Origin: Chloropicon primus
Lineage: Eukaryota
DNA length: 64,000 nt
Assembly (NCBI GenBank): GCA_023205875.1
Contig: CP060761.1
Coordinates: 558,001 to 622,000 of the forward strand
Direction of reading: 5' to 3'
The position numbers and the translations under genes were made by a program. The notes beneath the pieces are model-generated. The model had not been told where the DNA came from, ran no database searches, and saw only the letters and a list, made by a program, of their open reading frames with translations. Each line of letters begins with the position of its first letter. The first letter of the stretch is position 1. Below, piece by piece: positions 46,069-55,206 of the stretch.

Positions 46069-48627
46069 ATGTCGACTGCACGCGGAGGGTTGTTGGCGAT
46101 CCAATCGAAGCGCGCGGAGTCTCTGTCGCTTGATCCGGTTCGTGTGTATTGCAGGGCAACGTACCTGGATCGTGGGGAGAGTGTTGTCGAGGGAGCCATC
46201 GAGGACTTGGATGAGGTGGAGAAGCTTCGAGCAGAGATATTGGCGAGCAGTGCAACTGCAGAGAAGCACCAGGAGAACTTGACCAAGTATTATTCGATCC
46301 TTTCGGCGATGGAGCTGAGGTTTCCGATGAGCAAGGATCCGAGCCACATCCAGCTGCTGTTCTCGTGGTATGATGCCTTCAAGCCGAACAAGAAGGAGAA
46401 GCAGTCGAACATAAACTTCGAGAAGTGTTCCGTCCTTTTCAACCTGGCAGCGTTGCACTCGCAGTCTGCGATTGACCAGGACAGGACGACTTCCCCTGGG
46501 CTTGTTGCGGCTTGCAAGAAGTTTCAGGAAGCGGCCGGCGTGTTCTCCTTCATCAAGGAGAACGTGTCCATGAGGACGGATGCGCCTCATCCTTTGGATA
46601 TCTCTCCAGACTCGGCCAAGATGCTCGAGCAGCTTATGCTGGCCCAAGCGCAGGAGTGCGTCTACGAGAAGGCGATGTGCGAAAAGAAGTCAGAGGGCGT
46701 GTGTGCCAGGCTTGGGAAGCAGTGTGTGGTCTTCTACAGCGAGGTCGTGTCCATCATCGCGGGGAGCGCTTTGAACAACCACATGGAGAAGTCCTGGCTC
46801 AACCACTTGAGGAGCAAGGTCCTCTACTTTTCGGCAGAGTCCGAGATGCTGATGGCAGAGGCGGAGAAGAAGAAGGACGAGAGCAACATCGGTCCCCGAA
46901 TCGCGAGGCTTCGGTACGCTGACTTGAAGATCAAGGAGGGGGAGAAAGCCAGTAAGAACGCCAACAATTTCATCATGGAGGCGTCGAAGAACCTCTCCCA
47001 AGCCTGCAACGACAAGCTGACAAAAGCTGTGAGGGACAACGAGAGCATTTACCTGGAGAGCGTCCCCCCCTACGAGAAGGTCCCTCCGATATCGGAGGCT
47101 TGCATGGTCAAAGCAGTGCAACCGAGCAACTTGAACAAGATGTCCGGGGACGTGTTCGTAGGCCTTGTTCCGGACTCGAGCGCCAAGGTGGTCTCCAAGT
47201 ACACCGAGCTGGTTGACACGCTGATAAAGAAGGAGAAGGGCAAGCTGAACGCCAGCACCGACGTGGCGAGGTCCAAGCTGAAGGAATTCGAACTTCCCGA
47301 GATTCTGGTGGCCTTGGACCCAGCGGACAGCCGCAACCTCACCACCATCCTCTCGGAATCCTTGAGAGAGAAGATTGCCGAGGTGAACTCTTACGGCGGA
47401 GTGAAGCACTGCTTCGAGCTGGCGAAGGAGCTCCAGGGACTGAGGAACGTTGGTACACAGATGCTCAACAGCGCTGAGCAGGAGCTGGAGACCGAGTCCA
47501 ACGAGGACCAGACCGAGAGAGACAGGTACAAGGAGAAGTGGGTCATCCCGGCCTCCGCCACTTTGACTGGATCCCTCAAGGCCAGCATAACGGATTTCAG
47601 GGCGAAGATTCAGACGGCGAGGGATAGCGACAAGAGCACCTTGCAGCAGCTGGAGCAGCCAGAGAACCCGATCTTGCTCCTGGAGAACGAGAACCTCTGT
47701 GCAAAGACTCCTTACTTGAGCAAGCCCATGGTCTCGGTCGGAGCTTGTGACCCAGAGACAGCCGCGAACGAGCTCAAGCAGTGCCTCAGTGAATTGGACA
47801 GCTGCTCGGCTCAGAGGACCCTCCTGGAGGACAAGCTCAACGAGACCAAGTTCAAGGACAACATTCTGCCTCAGCTGATGTCGTCCTCGGACTCGGAGGA
47901 GAAGATATTCAACGACCAGCTTCTCAAGTACAAGCCGTTGCAGGACTCTGTGGCTGAGAACGTCAAGCTCCAGGAAGGCCTCGTCGCAAAGCTGATCCAG
48001 AAGCACCAGCAGTTCCTTTCGGTGTACAACATCGGGGAGTACAAGTCCGAGTGCAGCGCTTTTGCTGTCCAGGTCCAGCACGCGTACGAAATCTACAAGC
48101 AGATCCAAGAAAACTTTGAGAAGGGTATCCGCTTTTACACCTCGCTGCAAGATGCCATCAATGCCCTCAAGATGCAGTGCGGGGATTTTTGCTTGACCAG
48201 GAAGATGCAGCGCGATGACTTCATCCGCCAGCTGGCTTACGCCAACCAACAACAGCAGCAGTACCAGCAGCAGCAGACTTATGGTGCGCCACCACCTCAG
48301 CAGCAGCAACAACAACAACAGACTTATGCTGCCCCACCAACTCACCAGCAGCAGCAGAGCTATGCTCCGCCGCCGCCACAGCAGCAACAGCACTACCCCC
48401 CTCCACCGCAACAACAAGCATACCAAAGCATGCCACCGCCCCAGATGCAAGGCTACCCTCCCCACCAGGTGCCACAGCAGCAGCAATGCCCTCCCGTCCC
48501 CATGCAAGGGGGACCACCAGGGGGTTATAGGGTTGACCAGGCTGCTGCCCAGATGAACCAGATGCATGTTGCGCACCAGTACCCTCCGCATCAGGGCTAC
48601 CCTCCGCCACCGCCTCCGCAGGGCTAG
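46069..48627 (+). CDS. BRO1: ALIX/BRO1 ESCRT-accessory protein
   Basis: Bro1 domain (FSWYDAF, FEKCSVLFN, MLAQAQEC, DNESIY), V domain (GIRFYTSL) and Pro/Gln-rich tail. Confidence 0.93.
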   Translation: MSTARGGLLAIQSKRAESLSLDPVRVYCRATYLDRGESVVEGAIEDLDEVEKLRAEILASSATAEKHQENLTKYYSILSAMELRFPMSKDPSHIQLLFSWYDAFKPNKKEKQSNINFEKCSVLFNLAALHSQSAIDQDRTTSPGLVAACKKFQEAAGVFSFIKENVSMRTDAPHPLDISPDSAKMLEQLMLAQAQECVYEKAMCEKKSEGVCARLGKQCVVFYSEVVSIIAGSALNNHMEKSWLNHLRSKVLYFSAESEMLMAEAEKKKDESNIGPRIARLRYADLKIKEGEKASKNANNFIMEASKNLSQACNDKLTKAVRDNESIYLESVPPYEKVPPISEACMVKAVQPSNLNKMSGDVFVGLVPDSSAKVVSKYTELVDTLIKKEKGKLNASTDVARSKLKEFELPEILVALDPADSRNLTTILSESLREKIAEVNSYGGVKHCFELAKELQGLRNVGTQMLNSAEQELETESNEDQTERDRYKEKWVIPASATLTGSLKASITDFRAKIQTARDSDKSTLQQLEQPENPILLLENENLCAKTPYLSKPMVSVGACDPETAANELKQCLSELDSCSAQRTLLEDKLNETKFKDNILPQLMSSSDSEEKIFNDQLLKYKPLQDSVAENVKLQEGLVAKLIQKHQQFLSVYNIGEYKSECSAFAVQVQHAYEIYKQIQENFEKGIRFYTSLQDAINALKMQCGDFCLTRKMQRDDFIRQLAYANQQQQQYQQQQTYGAPPPQQQQQQQQTYAAPPTHQQQQSYAPPPPQQQQHYPPPPQQQAYQSMPPPQMQGYPPHQVPQQQQCPPVPMQGGPPGGYRVDQAAAQMNQMHVAHQYPPHQGYPPPPPPQG

Positions 48628-48849
48628 GTCGTACTCACCGCCCGTGGCTCCTTCTTGTACGATAAAAGTAAAAGGAACTATTGTAGTGTATGATAATTAA
48701 GTTACTGAGTCTTCTTTCTTGTGGCTGGTCTCGTCTTTACGCTTCCCCCAAAGTCCAAGAACGACTAAACGATTGCTCACGACACCGCTGCGAGCGAACC
48801 ACAAAGTGAGAGAGAGAGAGAGAGAGAGCACGCGCGCGCACCCTTGCCT

Positions 48850-49356
48850 CTAATTCATGGAACCCAAGAACTCCGTCGCCACCGCACGTCCCCTGGTATT
48901 CACAGACAGCTTCATGACATTGATCTCCTTGTCCACCTCCTCCAAGAACGTGACAACAAAGTCCACAATCTTCTCCTGCAAGAGGTCCTCGGTGTGAAAG
49001 TTTGTGATCAGCAAACTGATGTCGTATCCCTCGATGGCTACCCGCCTAATGATCCAGAAATGTTCTGCCCTTTGCGTGATGAACCTCATGAACTTCTTCG
49101 TCAATATCTCCTCCAGCAAGTCACCCTGCTTCACCTTGACGCTAAACCTCAGCGAATTGATGCTCGCTTCTATCAGACAATACTCATGTTCCGTCCTCGA
49201 TATCAATATCGGTGGAAGCATGAGCTCCTTGTTGTGTCCGAACTCCACCTCAGGCACATTATGCCTCTCGATCTGCTGCGACGGAAAGTTCATCAAGCAA
49301 CACGTCGCGTTCAGAGTGTGCCGGATGCAATTCAAGTACGGCCTTATCGTGTTCAT
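48850..49356 (-). CDS. ARPC4: Actin-related protein 2/3 complex subunit 4
   Basis: [35 protein letters not shown] and [10 protein letters not shown]. Confidence 0.96.
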   Translation of the reverse strand: MNTIRPYLNCIRHTLNATCCLMNFPSQQIERHNVPEVEFGHNKELMLPPILISRTEHEYCLIEASINSLRFSVKVKQGDLLEEILTKKFMRFITQRAEHFWIIRRVAIEGYDISLLITNFHTEDLLQEKIVDFVVTFLEEVDKEINVMKLSVNTRGRAVATEFLGSMN

Positions 49357-49989
49357 CTTCGAACACCTTGATGCTCCTCCTCCTCCTCCTCTTCAAAACA
49401 AAAACGATAACGAAAACGAAACAAGTCAAGAGGTCAAGAGAGGTGCAGCTTCGTCGGTCCCCCTTGCCCTTCGCCCTTGCCCTTCGCCCTTGCGCTCTCG
49501 CTCTCGCTCTCTCGCCTCTTGTGCGAAAGGGTTTGCTTGCTTTTGCTTTTCTCTCTCTCTCTCTCTCTCTCAAGGCAGTGGAGGAGGGAGGAGGCAATGG
49601 CTGGAGTTGTGGACGGATGGAAGGCGGAGGGAGGAGGGAGGGACTCCGAGGGTGGTGCACAACGATAGATCGTCTCAAGATCTTTCGATAGATGGGTCTC
49701 GTTACAATGGGTGGCCGCCTGGAGAGGAAGGGGAAGGATCGATCAGCAGGAGGCGCTGGGGTCCGAAGGACAATGACGAGAGGGAGGGACAAAGGCGGAG
49801 TCTTGGTGGCAGCCAATGCCAGCATCGTGCTCGTATGGGATAGATTAGACTTTTATTGTGATCAATCACGTAGTCTTGCTCCGTCTTTTTGAAGCGCCGT
49901 CATCTTTCGGGTGGCTCCCCTGCCCCTCAAGGACTAAGAGGTCGCACCGAGGAAGGCGACAGGAGGACGGGACCTAAACCCGAGTGGAG

Positions 49990-50988
49990 TTACTCCAAAA
50001 GAGGATGTCCAGCATAAACCTGGTCCTCGATGTTGCAGGTGTCGTCGCCCCTCTTGATCTTGAAGAATCCACCGAGGTCACCCCAAGTGTTGCCCCAGGA
50101 GTTAGCGCACAACCAGTAAGGGATGTCGTTCTCAACGCCCCATCCGAGTATCTTAATGGCGTGTCCTCCGACAGGCTGCTCGTTAGGCTGTGGCACGAAG
50201 ACTCCAGACTTGTAATTGAAGAAGGATGGAGGAACCATGAAGGCTCCCTCGACAGGTCCGTTGGTGAAGATGTCCTGCTGGATATCAGAAACAGAAGTCA
50301 AGTGATAAGAGTCCTTGGTCTTGTACTTCTTGAACTCGACGCTCGCGTTGTGGCACTTTGGTGGGGTGAAGTTGGTTGGGCAGTAAGTCCTGAAGGAATC
50401 TCCCTGTCCGGAGATGTATGGGTCACAGGCATCGGAGACAATGCCGTAGTTCTCCAAGTATTCCCAGGCCTTGTTCATCCAACCACCTTGGCAACCCATG
50501 TCGGTCTTGTCACACTGCACCATGTCCTCAGGGGACAGCACAACGTTGATGTCTCCATCAGAAGCGATGGCAAACCTATCAGAAAGAGCCTCGGAGGCAG
50601 CAAAGGCCCAGCAAGATCCGCACTGCTGCTGGTTCCTGATGGGATGGATGTATCCTGGCCACTGAGACCTGGCATCAAACTCCTTGGGCAGACCAGACTT
50701 GACGTCCTCAGAGTAAGTCTTGGTTGGGAACTCGCCCTCCTCGGGGAACATGTAGTAGCTCGGGGTCATGAAGGTACCCAAGAGCTTCTTGGCCTCATCC
50801 ATGGTCATCCCCTTGAAGTACTCGTTCTCTCCAGCAACCCAAGGCATGGACTCGTTCCTGTTCACGGCATCAATAGCCTTCTTGCTCGTTGCAAGCTCCT
50901 GGGGCCTGACCAAGATTTGTGGCCTAGCAGCTGAGGCAACTCCCATAAGGAGAGCCAACACGGTCAAGGTAATTGTCCTGTTCGACAT
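49990..50988 (-). CDS. Cathepsin B-like cysteine protease (C1A), copy 1
   Basis: Signal peptide, LPKEFDAR, QQQCGSCWAF, GCQGG, GGHAIK and ANSWG. Confidence 0.94.
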   Translation of the reverse strand: MSNRTITLTVLALLMGVASAARPQILVRPQELATSKKAIDAVNRNESMPWVAGENEYFKGMTMDEAKKLLGTFMTPSYYMFPEEGEFPTKTYSEDVKSGLPKEFDARSQWPGYIHPIRNQQQCGSCWAFAASEALSDRFAIASDGDINVVLSPEDMVQCDKTDMGCQGGWMNKAWEYLENYGIVSDACDPYISGQGDSFRTYCPTNFTPPKCHNASVEFKKYKTKDSYHLTSVSDIQQDIFTNGPVEGAFMVPPSFFNYKSGVFVPQPNEQPVGGHAIKILGWGVENDIPYWLCANSWGNTWGDLGGFFKIKRGDDTCNIEDQVYAGHPLLE

Positions 50989-51694
50989 TCTGCTTTGCTC
51001 TTCGTTCCAGTCCTTGGGTTACTCTGTCTCTGTCCTCTCTGTTGTGTGTGTCTTGGCGTCCAACAACTCCACAAACTTTTGCAGGACGAGGAGGACGAGG
51101 AGGACGAGGCCAGCAACAATGCTTTGCGCAAGTGAGGTCAACCTTTCGTCCTCTTGCTTCGGTAGAGATTAAGGGAATGTGTTTGGATCGAAGGACTTAT
51201 ATCGAAGAGACCGAGCGTCCTCTTCGGTCTCGGAGTTCGGAATCATCCCGGAGGTGGAAGGCGGCTGGCGACGTTAGACCAAATTCATGGATAGCGGGGT
51301 CTGAGGTGGCAGTGGCAGTGGCAGTGAGGGTGGATGGGGACCAGGAGGGGTGGATGGGGAGGAGGGGGTGGTGGCACCAGAGTCTCTTGAGGTACCAGGG
51401 TCGCCTCCTCTTGCTCTTGCTCTTGCTCTTGCTCTTTAAAGATTCATCACATCCAACGAAGAGGAAGGTGATGGGATCGATCGATTGTTGGTGAAGATAG
51501 GGGAGGAAGGCTGATGATAGTGGTGGGAGGGACGGGTCAGGTTTGGGTGGTTGACAGTGGTGGTGGACGTCAAGGAGCAGGGTCAGGCGAAGGGAGCCAT
51601 TGATGGATAGAATCACAAGATATTATGCACATTGATTCCTTCACTCTGGACTAAAACAGAAACGGATGATTCATCCTGATGATGGCGGAGCGCC

Positions 51695-52705
51695 TTAGAC
51701 CAAGGCATCGCCAGCGTAGACCGACTCTTCGATGAAGCACTCGTTGACGCCTCTCTTGATCTTGAAGTACCCGTGAAGGTTGCCCCAGTAATCGCCCCAG
51801 GAGTTCGCAATCAGCCAGTAAGGCACAGAATTGTCCACGCCCCAGCCAACAATCTTCACGGCGTGTCCGCCCGCGAGCAAGTCGCCGAAGTCCCACCACG
51901 CGCGCTGGTACACGCCTTCCTTGTAACCGAAGAACGACTGGTACACGAGGAAGCCGGCCTCGACTGGACCGCCGGTCATGATCGCCTTCTGGATGTCAGC
52001 AACGGTGGACAGTCTATAATAATTCTTCGCCTTGTACCGGATCGGCTTCTCTCCGCTATCAGGGCACCTGGTGGCGTGCTCCCAGTCCTTGGGGCACTGG
52101 ATGGGCCTGCCATCGCCGGCAAGGTACTCCATGCAAGTCTCGGTCACCACGCCGTGCTCCTCGAGGTACAGCCAAGCCAAGTTGACGAGGCCTCCCTTGC
52201 AGCCGAAGGAGAGGTCATCGCAGCTCACCAAATCCTCTGGAGAAAGCGTAACGTTGACCTTGCCGTTGGTGGCGATGGCGAATCTGTCGGCCAGTGACTC
52301 CACAGCCCCAAAGGCCCAGCAAGATCCGCACCTCTCCTGGTTCCTGATAGCACCGATGAGTCCTGGCCACTGCTCTCTGGCATCAAAGCTATCCGGGATG
52401 TCCTCGTCCCTGATGTGGTCGAAGGACTTGGTTGGCTGCATGCTCTTCTCCTCGTCGGAGAGGTCGAGCCTCGCTCCCATGAGCTTCTTCGCGTCCTGGA
52501 ACGTCATGCCCTCGAAGAACTCGTTCTGTCCCGCGACCCAAGTCACGTTCTCTGCTCTGTTGTGAGCCAGAACCTTGATGGGATCAATAGCAGCCATCCT
52601 CTCTTTACTCCTGCCAAAGTCTCTGGCGGCGGTGGCCACACCAAACACGGCAGCAATGACGGACAATGCCAAGCATGCTGATCTCCCTCTCCTTTGCGTC
52701 ACCAT
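51695..52705 (-). CDS. Cathepsin B-like cysteine protease (C1A), copy 2
   Basis: Signal peptide, IPDSFDAR, QERCGSCWAF, GGHAVK and ANSWG. Confidence 0.94.
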   Translation of the reverse strand: MVTQRRGRSACLALSVIAAVFGVATAARDFGRSKERMAAIDPIKVLAHNRAENVTWVAGQNEFFEGMTFQDAKKLMGARLDLSDEEKSMQPTKSFDHIRDEDIPDSFDAREQWPGLIGAIRNQERCGSCWAFGAVESLADRFAIATNGKVNVTLSPEDLVSCDDLSFGCKGGLVNLAWLYLEEHGVVTETCMEYLAGDGRPIQCPKDWEHATRCPDSGEKPIRYKAKNYYRLSTVADIQKAIMTGGPVEAGFLVYQSFFGYKEGVYQRAWWDFGDLLAGGHAVKIVGWGVDNSVPYWLIANSWGDYWGNLHGYFKIKRGVNECFIEESVYAGDALV

Positions 52706-53381
52706 CCTTCCTCTCAAACTCTCCGTCCAAACTACACTTGGACAAGCAATGACAAGCAGAGGAAACCCCAAGGCGAAGAAAAAAACATAGTTTAGTCTCC
52801 AAGATTCACCAAGACGCCAATCTTTTCAAGGAAGGGGTCAAAGGAAAGCCCCAGGGATGAAGCATGGGACTCATGCTTGTGGCTCCACCCCGTTTCTCCC
52901 TGTCTTTGGTGCCGAAAGCCAACCAAGAGCTCACCTTTGCGGTGCGATGTGAGAGGATGCCAACACAAAAAGTGAGAAACTGGGGAGGAAGCTTGACAGG
53001 GGCGATGGGGGTGAGGGGGGTGAGGAGGAAGAGGAAGGGAAGGATGGGGAAGGGGTGATTCACGGATGCATAGATCGCGTCCTCCTCTTTCCATAGAGCT
53101 CTCACTTGAAAGGAATGATGAGGAGGAGGGGAGTGAGGAAGTTTTTGGAGTGAGAGAGTCGTAGAGAGTGGACCAGACACAAGTTGGAGGAGAGGTAGAG
53201 CCGAGGGGATGTTGTGCTGGACGGAGGACACCTCGGTGCTTCTTTTGATCTTTCGTGGATTACAAAAAGATTTTTTTTTCGTAACAACAACAACAAAACC
53301 TGAATCACCGGCGGCGGCACTCCGTCGTCGCGCAGACGCCCAGGCGTGGCTCAAGTCTTGATCAAGGGAAAGAAAAAAAAC

Positions 53382-54341
53382 TTAAGCCAAGAGTGGATGT
53401 CCGGCGTAGACGGTGGACTCGATCTGGCACTCGTTGACGCCTCTCTTGATCTTGAAGAATCCGTCAAGACCCCAGTCGGTTCCCCACGAGTTGGCGATGA
53501 GCCAGTAGTCAGTTCCGTCCTGGTTTCCCCAGCCAACAATCTTGATGGCGTGGCCGCCCATGAGCTCATCCCAGAACTGCCACCACTCCCTGGAGTAGAC
53601 ACCAGACTTGTAGGCCATGAAGGACTTGTAAACCTCGAACCCAGCCTCGACAGGACCGTTCGTCATGATGGCCTTCTGGATATCCTCCACGGTAGCGAGT
53701 CTGTAGTAGTCCTGGGACTTGTACTTCTTGTAGGTCTGGCCCTGAGCGGCGCACTGTCCAGCAGCTGGGCATGGAGCAGCCTGTCCGTTTCCAGCAGTGT
53801 ATGGGAAGCAAGCATCAGAGACAATACCGGTCTCGGAGAGGTACTTCCAGGCCTGGGACAAGATACCACCGTTGCAACCCATGTCTCCGGTGTCACAAGA
53901 GACGAGGTCCTCAGGGGACAAGACAACGTTGATGCTTCCGTTGGAGGCAATGGCGAATCTGTCGGAAAGAGCCTCGGAGGCGGCGAAGGCCCAGCAAGAT
54001 CCGCACCTCTCCTGGTTCCTGATAGGGTGGATGAAGTTAGGCCACTGAGCCCTGGCATCAAAGCTATCAGGGATGTCCTCGTCCTTGATGTGGTCGAAGG
54101 ACTTGACGGGCTGAGCGTACAAGAACTTGTCCTCGAGCAAGGTACCCATCAACTTCTTCGCGTCCTTCAAGGTCTTTCCCCTGAAGAACTCGTTCTCACC
54201 GGCAACCCACTTGGATGGTCCCATGTTGTGGGCGTTGATGTGCCTCGTATTGATGGCCATCTCCTCGTTGGAGAAGTCCCTGGCAGCGTTAGCCACTCCG
54301 AGGAGGGCAAACAGGACTGCATACGTCAAGTACTTGTTCAT
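53382..54341 (-). CDS. Cathepsin B-like cysteine protease (C1A), copy 3
   Basis: Signal peptide MNKYLTYAVLFALLGVANA, QERCGSCWAF, GGHAIK and ANSWG. Confidence 0.94.
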   Translation of the reverse strand: MNKYLTYAVLFALLGVANAARDFSNEEMAINTRHINAHNMGPSKWVAGENEFFRGKTLKDAKKLMGTLLEDKFLYAQPVKSFDHIKDEDIPDSFDARAQWPNFIHPIRNQERCGSCWAFAASEALSDRFAIASNGSINVVLSPEDLVSCDTGDMGCNGGILSQAWKYLSETGIVSDACFPYTAGNGQAAPCPAAGQCAAQGQTYKKYKSQDYYRLATVEDIQKAIMTNGPVEAGFEVYKSFMAYKSGVYSREWWQFWDELMGGHAIKIVGWGNQDGTDYWLIANSWGTDWGLDGFFKIKRGVNECQIESTVYAGHPLLA

Positions 54342-55206
54342 ACTTCTTTGCGTTTCTCTAGCAACCACAAAACTTTAGTTCTAGCCATCCCAACAAACCA
54401 AAGATAGAGAGACAGACAGACAGGTTTCAGTTTCCTCCAATCTTCAAAAGAACGTCGTTTCTTTCGACAGAGGGGTCAAATGAAAGGTTAAGACGTAAGG
54501 AAGTCACTTGTGTCCTTTCCTTTCGTCGTCCTTCCCTCCCCTTGCTCTCCTTGTCGCCGCCTTCCTTACCTCTTCTGTGTTCCACTTTGGGCTCCAAGGT
54601 GCAATCTTGGAATTGAGGGAGCAGAAAAGGAAAAGGAAGGACAAAGTGACGGCGTGCAGTGCAAAACTCCTGTTGAGGGTTCCTTTGGAGATGAACCAGC
54701 TGTCGTCGACGGCCGACGTGGAGGCTACACCCAGTTTTGCGATGGAGTGTGGAGGAAGGAAGGAGGCGCTGGCAATGCAGTGTGTTGAAGCCTGAAGCCT
54801 GAAGAAGCCTGCTGAAGATGAAGCTGGAGATGAAACGTTGGTGGTAGTGCCGTCAGCCTGACTGGGAATGGCAACAAGATTGTCTACACCCAACACGCAA
54901 AAGAACGCCCAGTTTTGCGATTGAGGAGGAGGAAGGAGGAAGGATGCGGTGGCAATGCAGGGATCCCAAGGACAATCTTTAGGAGCACTCGACTGGGGAA
55001 GCGGATTGGGTCGATTGGTGGGTCAAGAGGTTGACCAAGAGGGAAGCAATCCAAGGAGAGGACCATCCTTGAGCTCTTCATTCACCTTTTTTGCCCCTGG
55101 ATCGATTTCCTTGGATTCCTTTGGTCTTCCTTTCTTCCATTTTTCAATGATAATATGAATTTCATTGTCGTCGTACACAGAAGCCAAGGCGGCCTTGACT
55201 TTTGGT

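Noticed and set aside
48240..48627. CAG/CAA repeat expansion
   Set aside because: Ordinary Pro/Gln-rich C-terminal tail of ALIX/BRO1 proteins.
49690..49985. Possible ncRNA downstream of the dyad half-site at 49682
   Set aside because: No recognisable snRNA, snoRNA or tRNA motifs. Likely the cathepsin 3' UTR (minus-strand TGTAA at ~49702).
7056..54341. Apparent clustering of endomembrane/vacuole genes (AP4E, VIT1, VPS33, EXO70, CLC, BRO1, cathepsins)
   Set aside because: They are interspersed with unrelated housekeeping genes. Enrichment cannot be distinguished from chance without genome-wide statistics.
54504..55160. Short ORFs between cathepsin copy 3 and the subtilase
   Set aside because: No consistent frame, splice model or motif. 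More likely promoter and 3' UTR.
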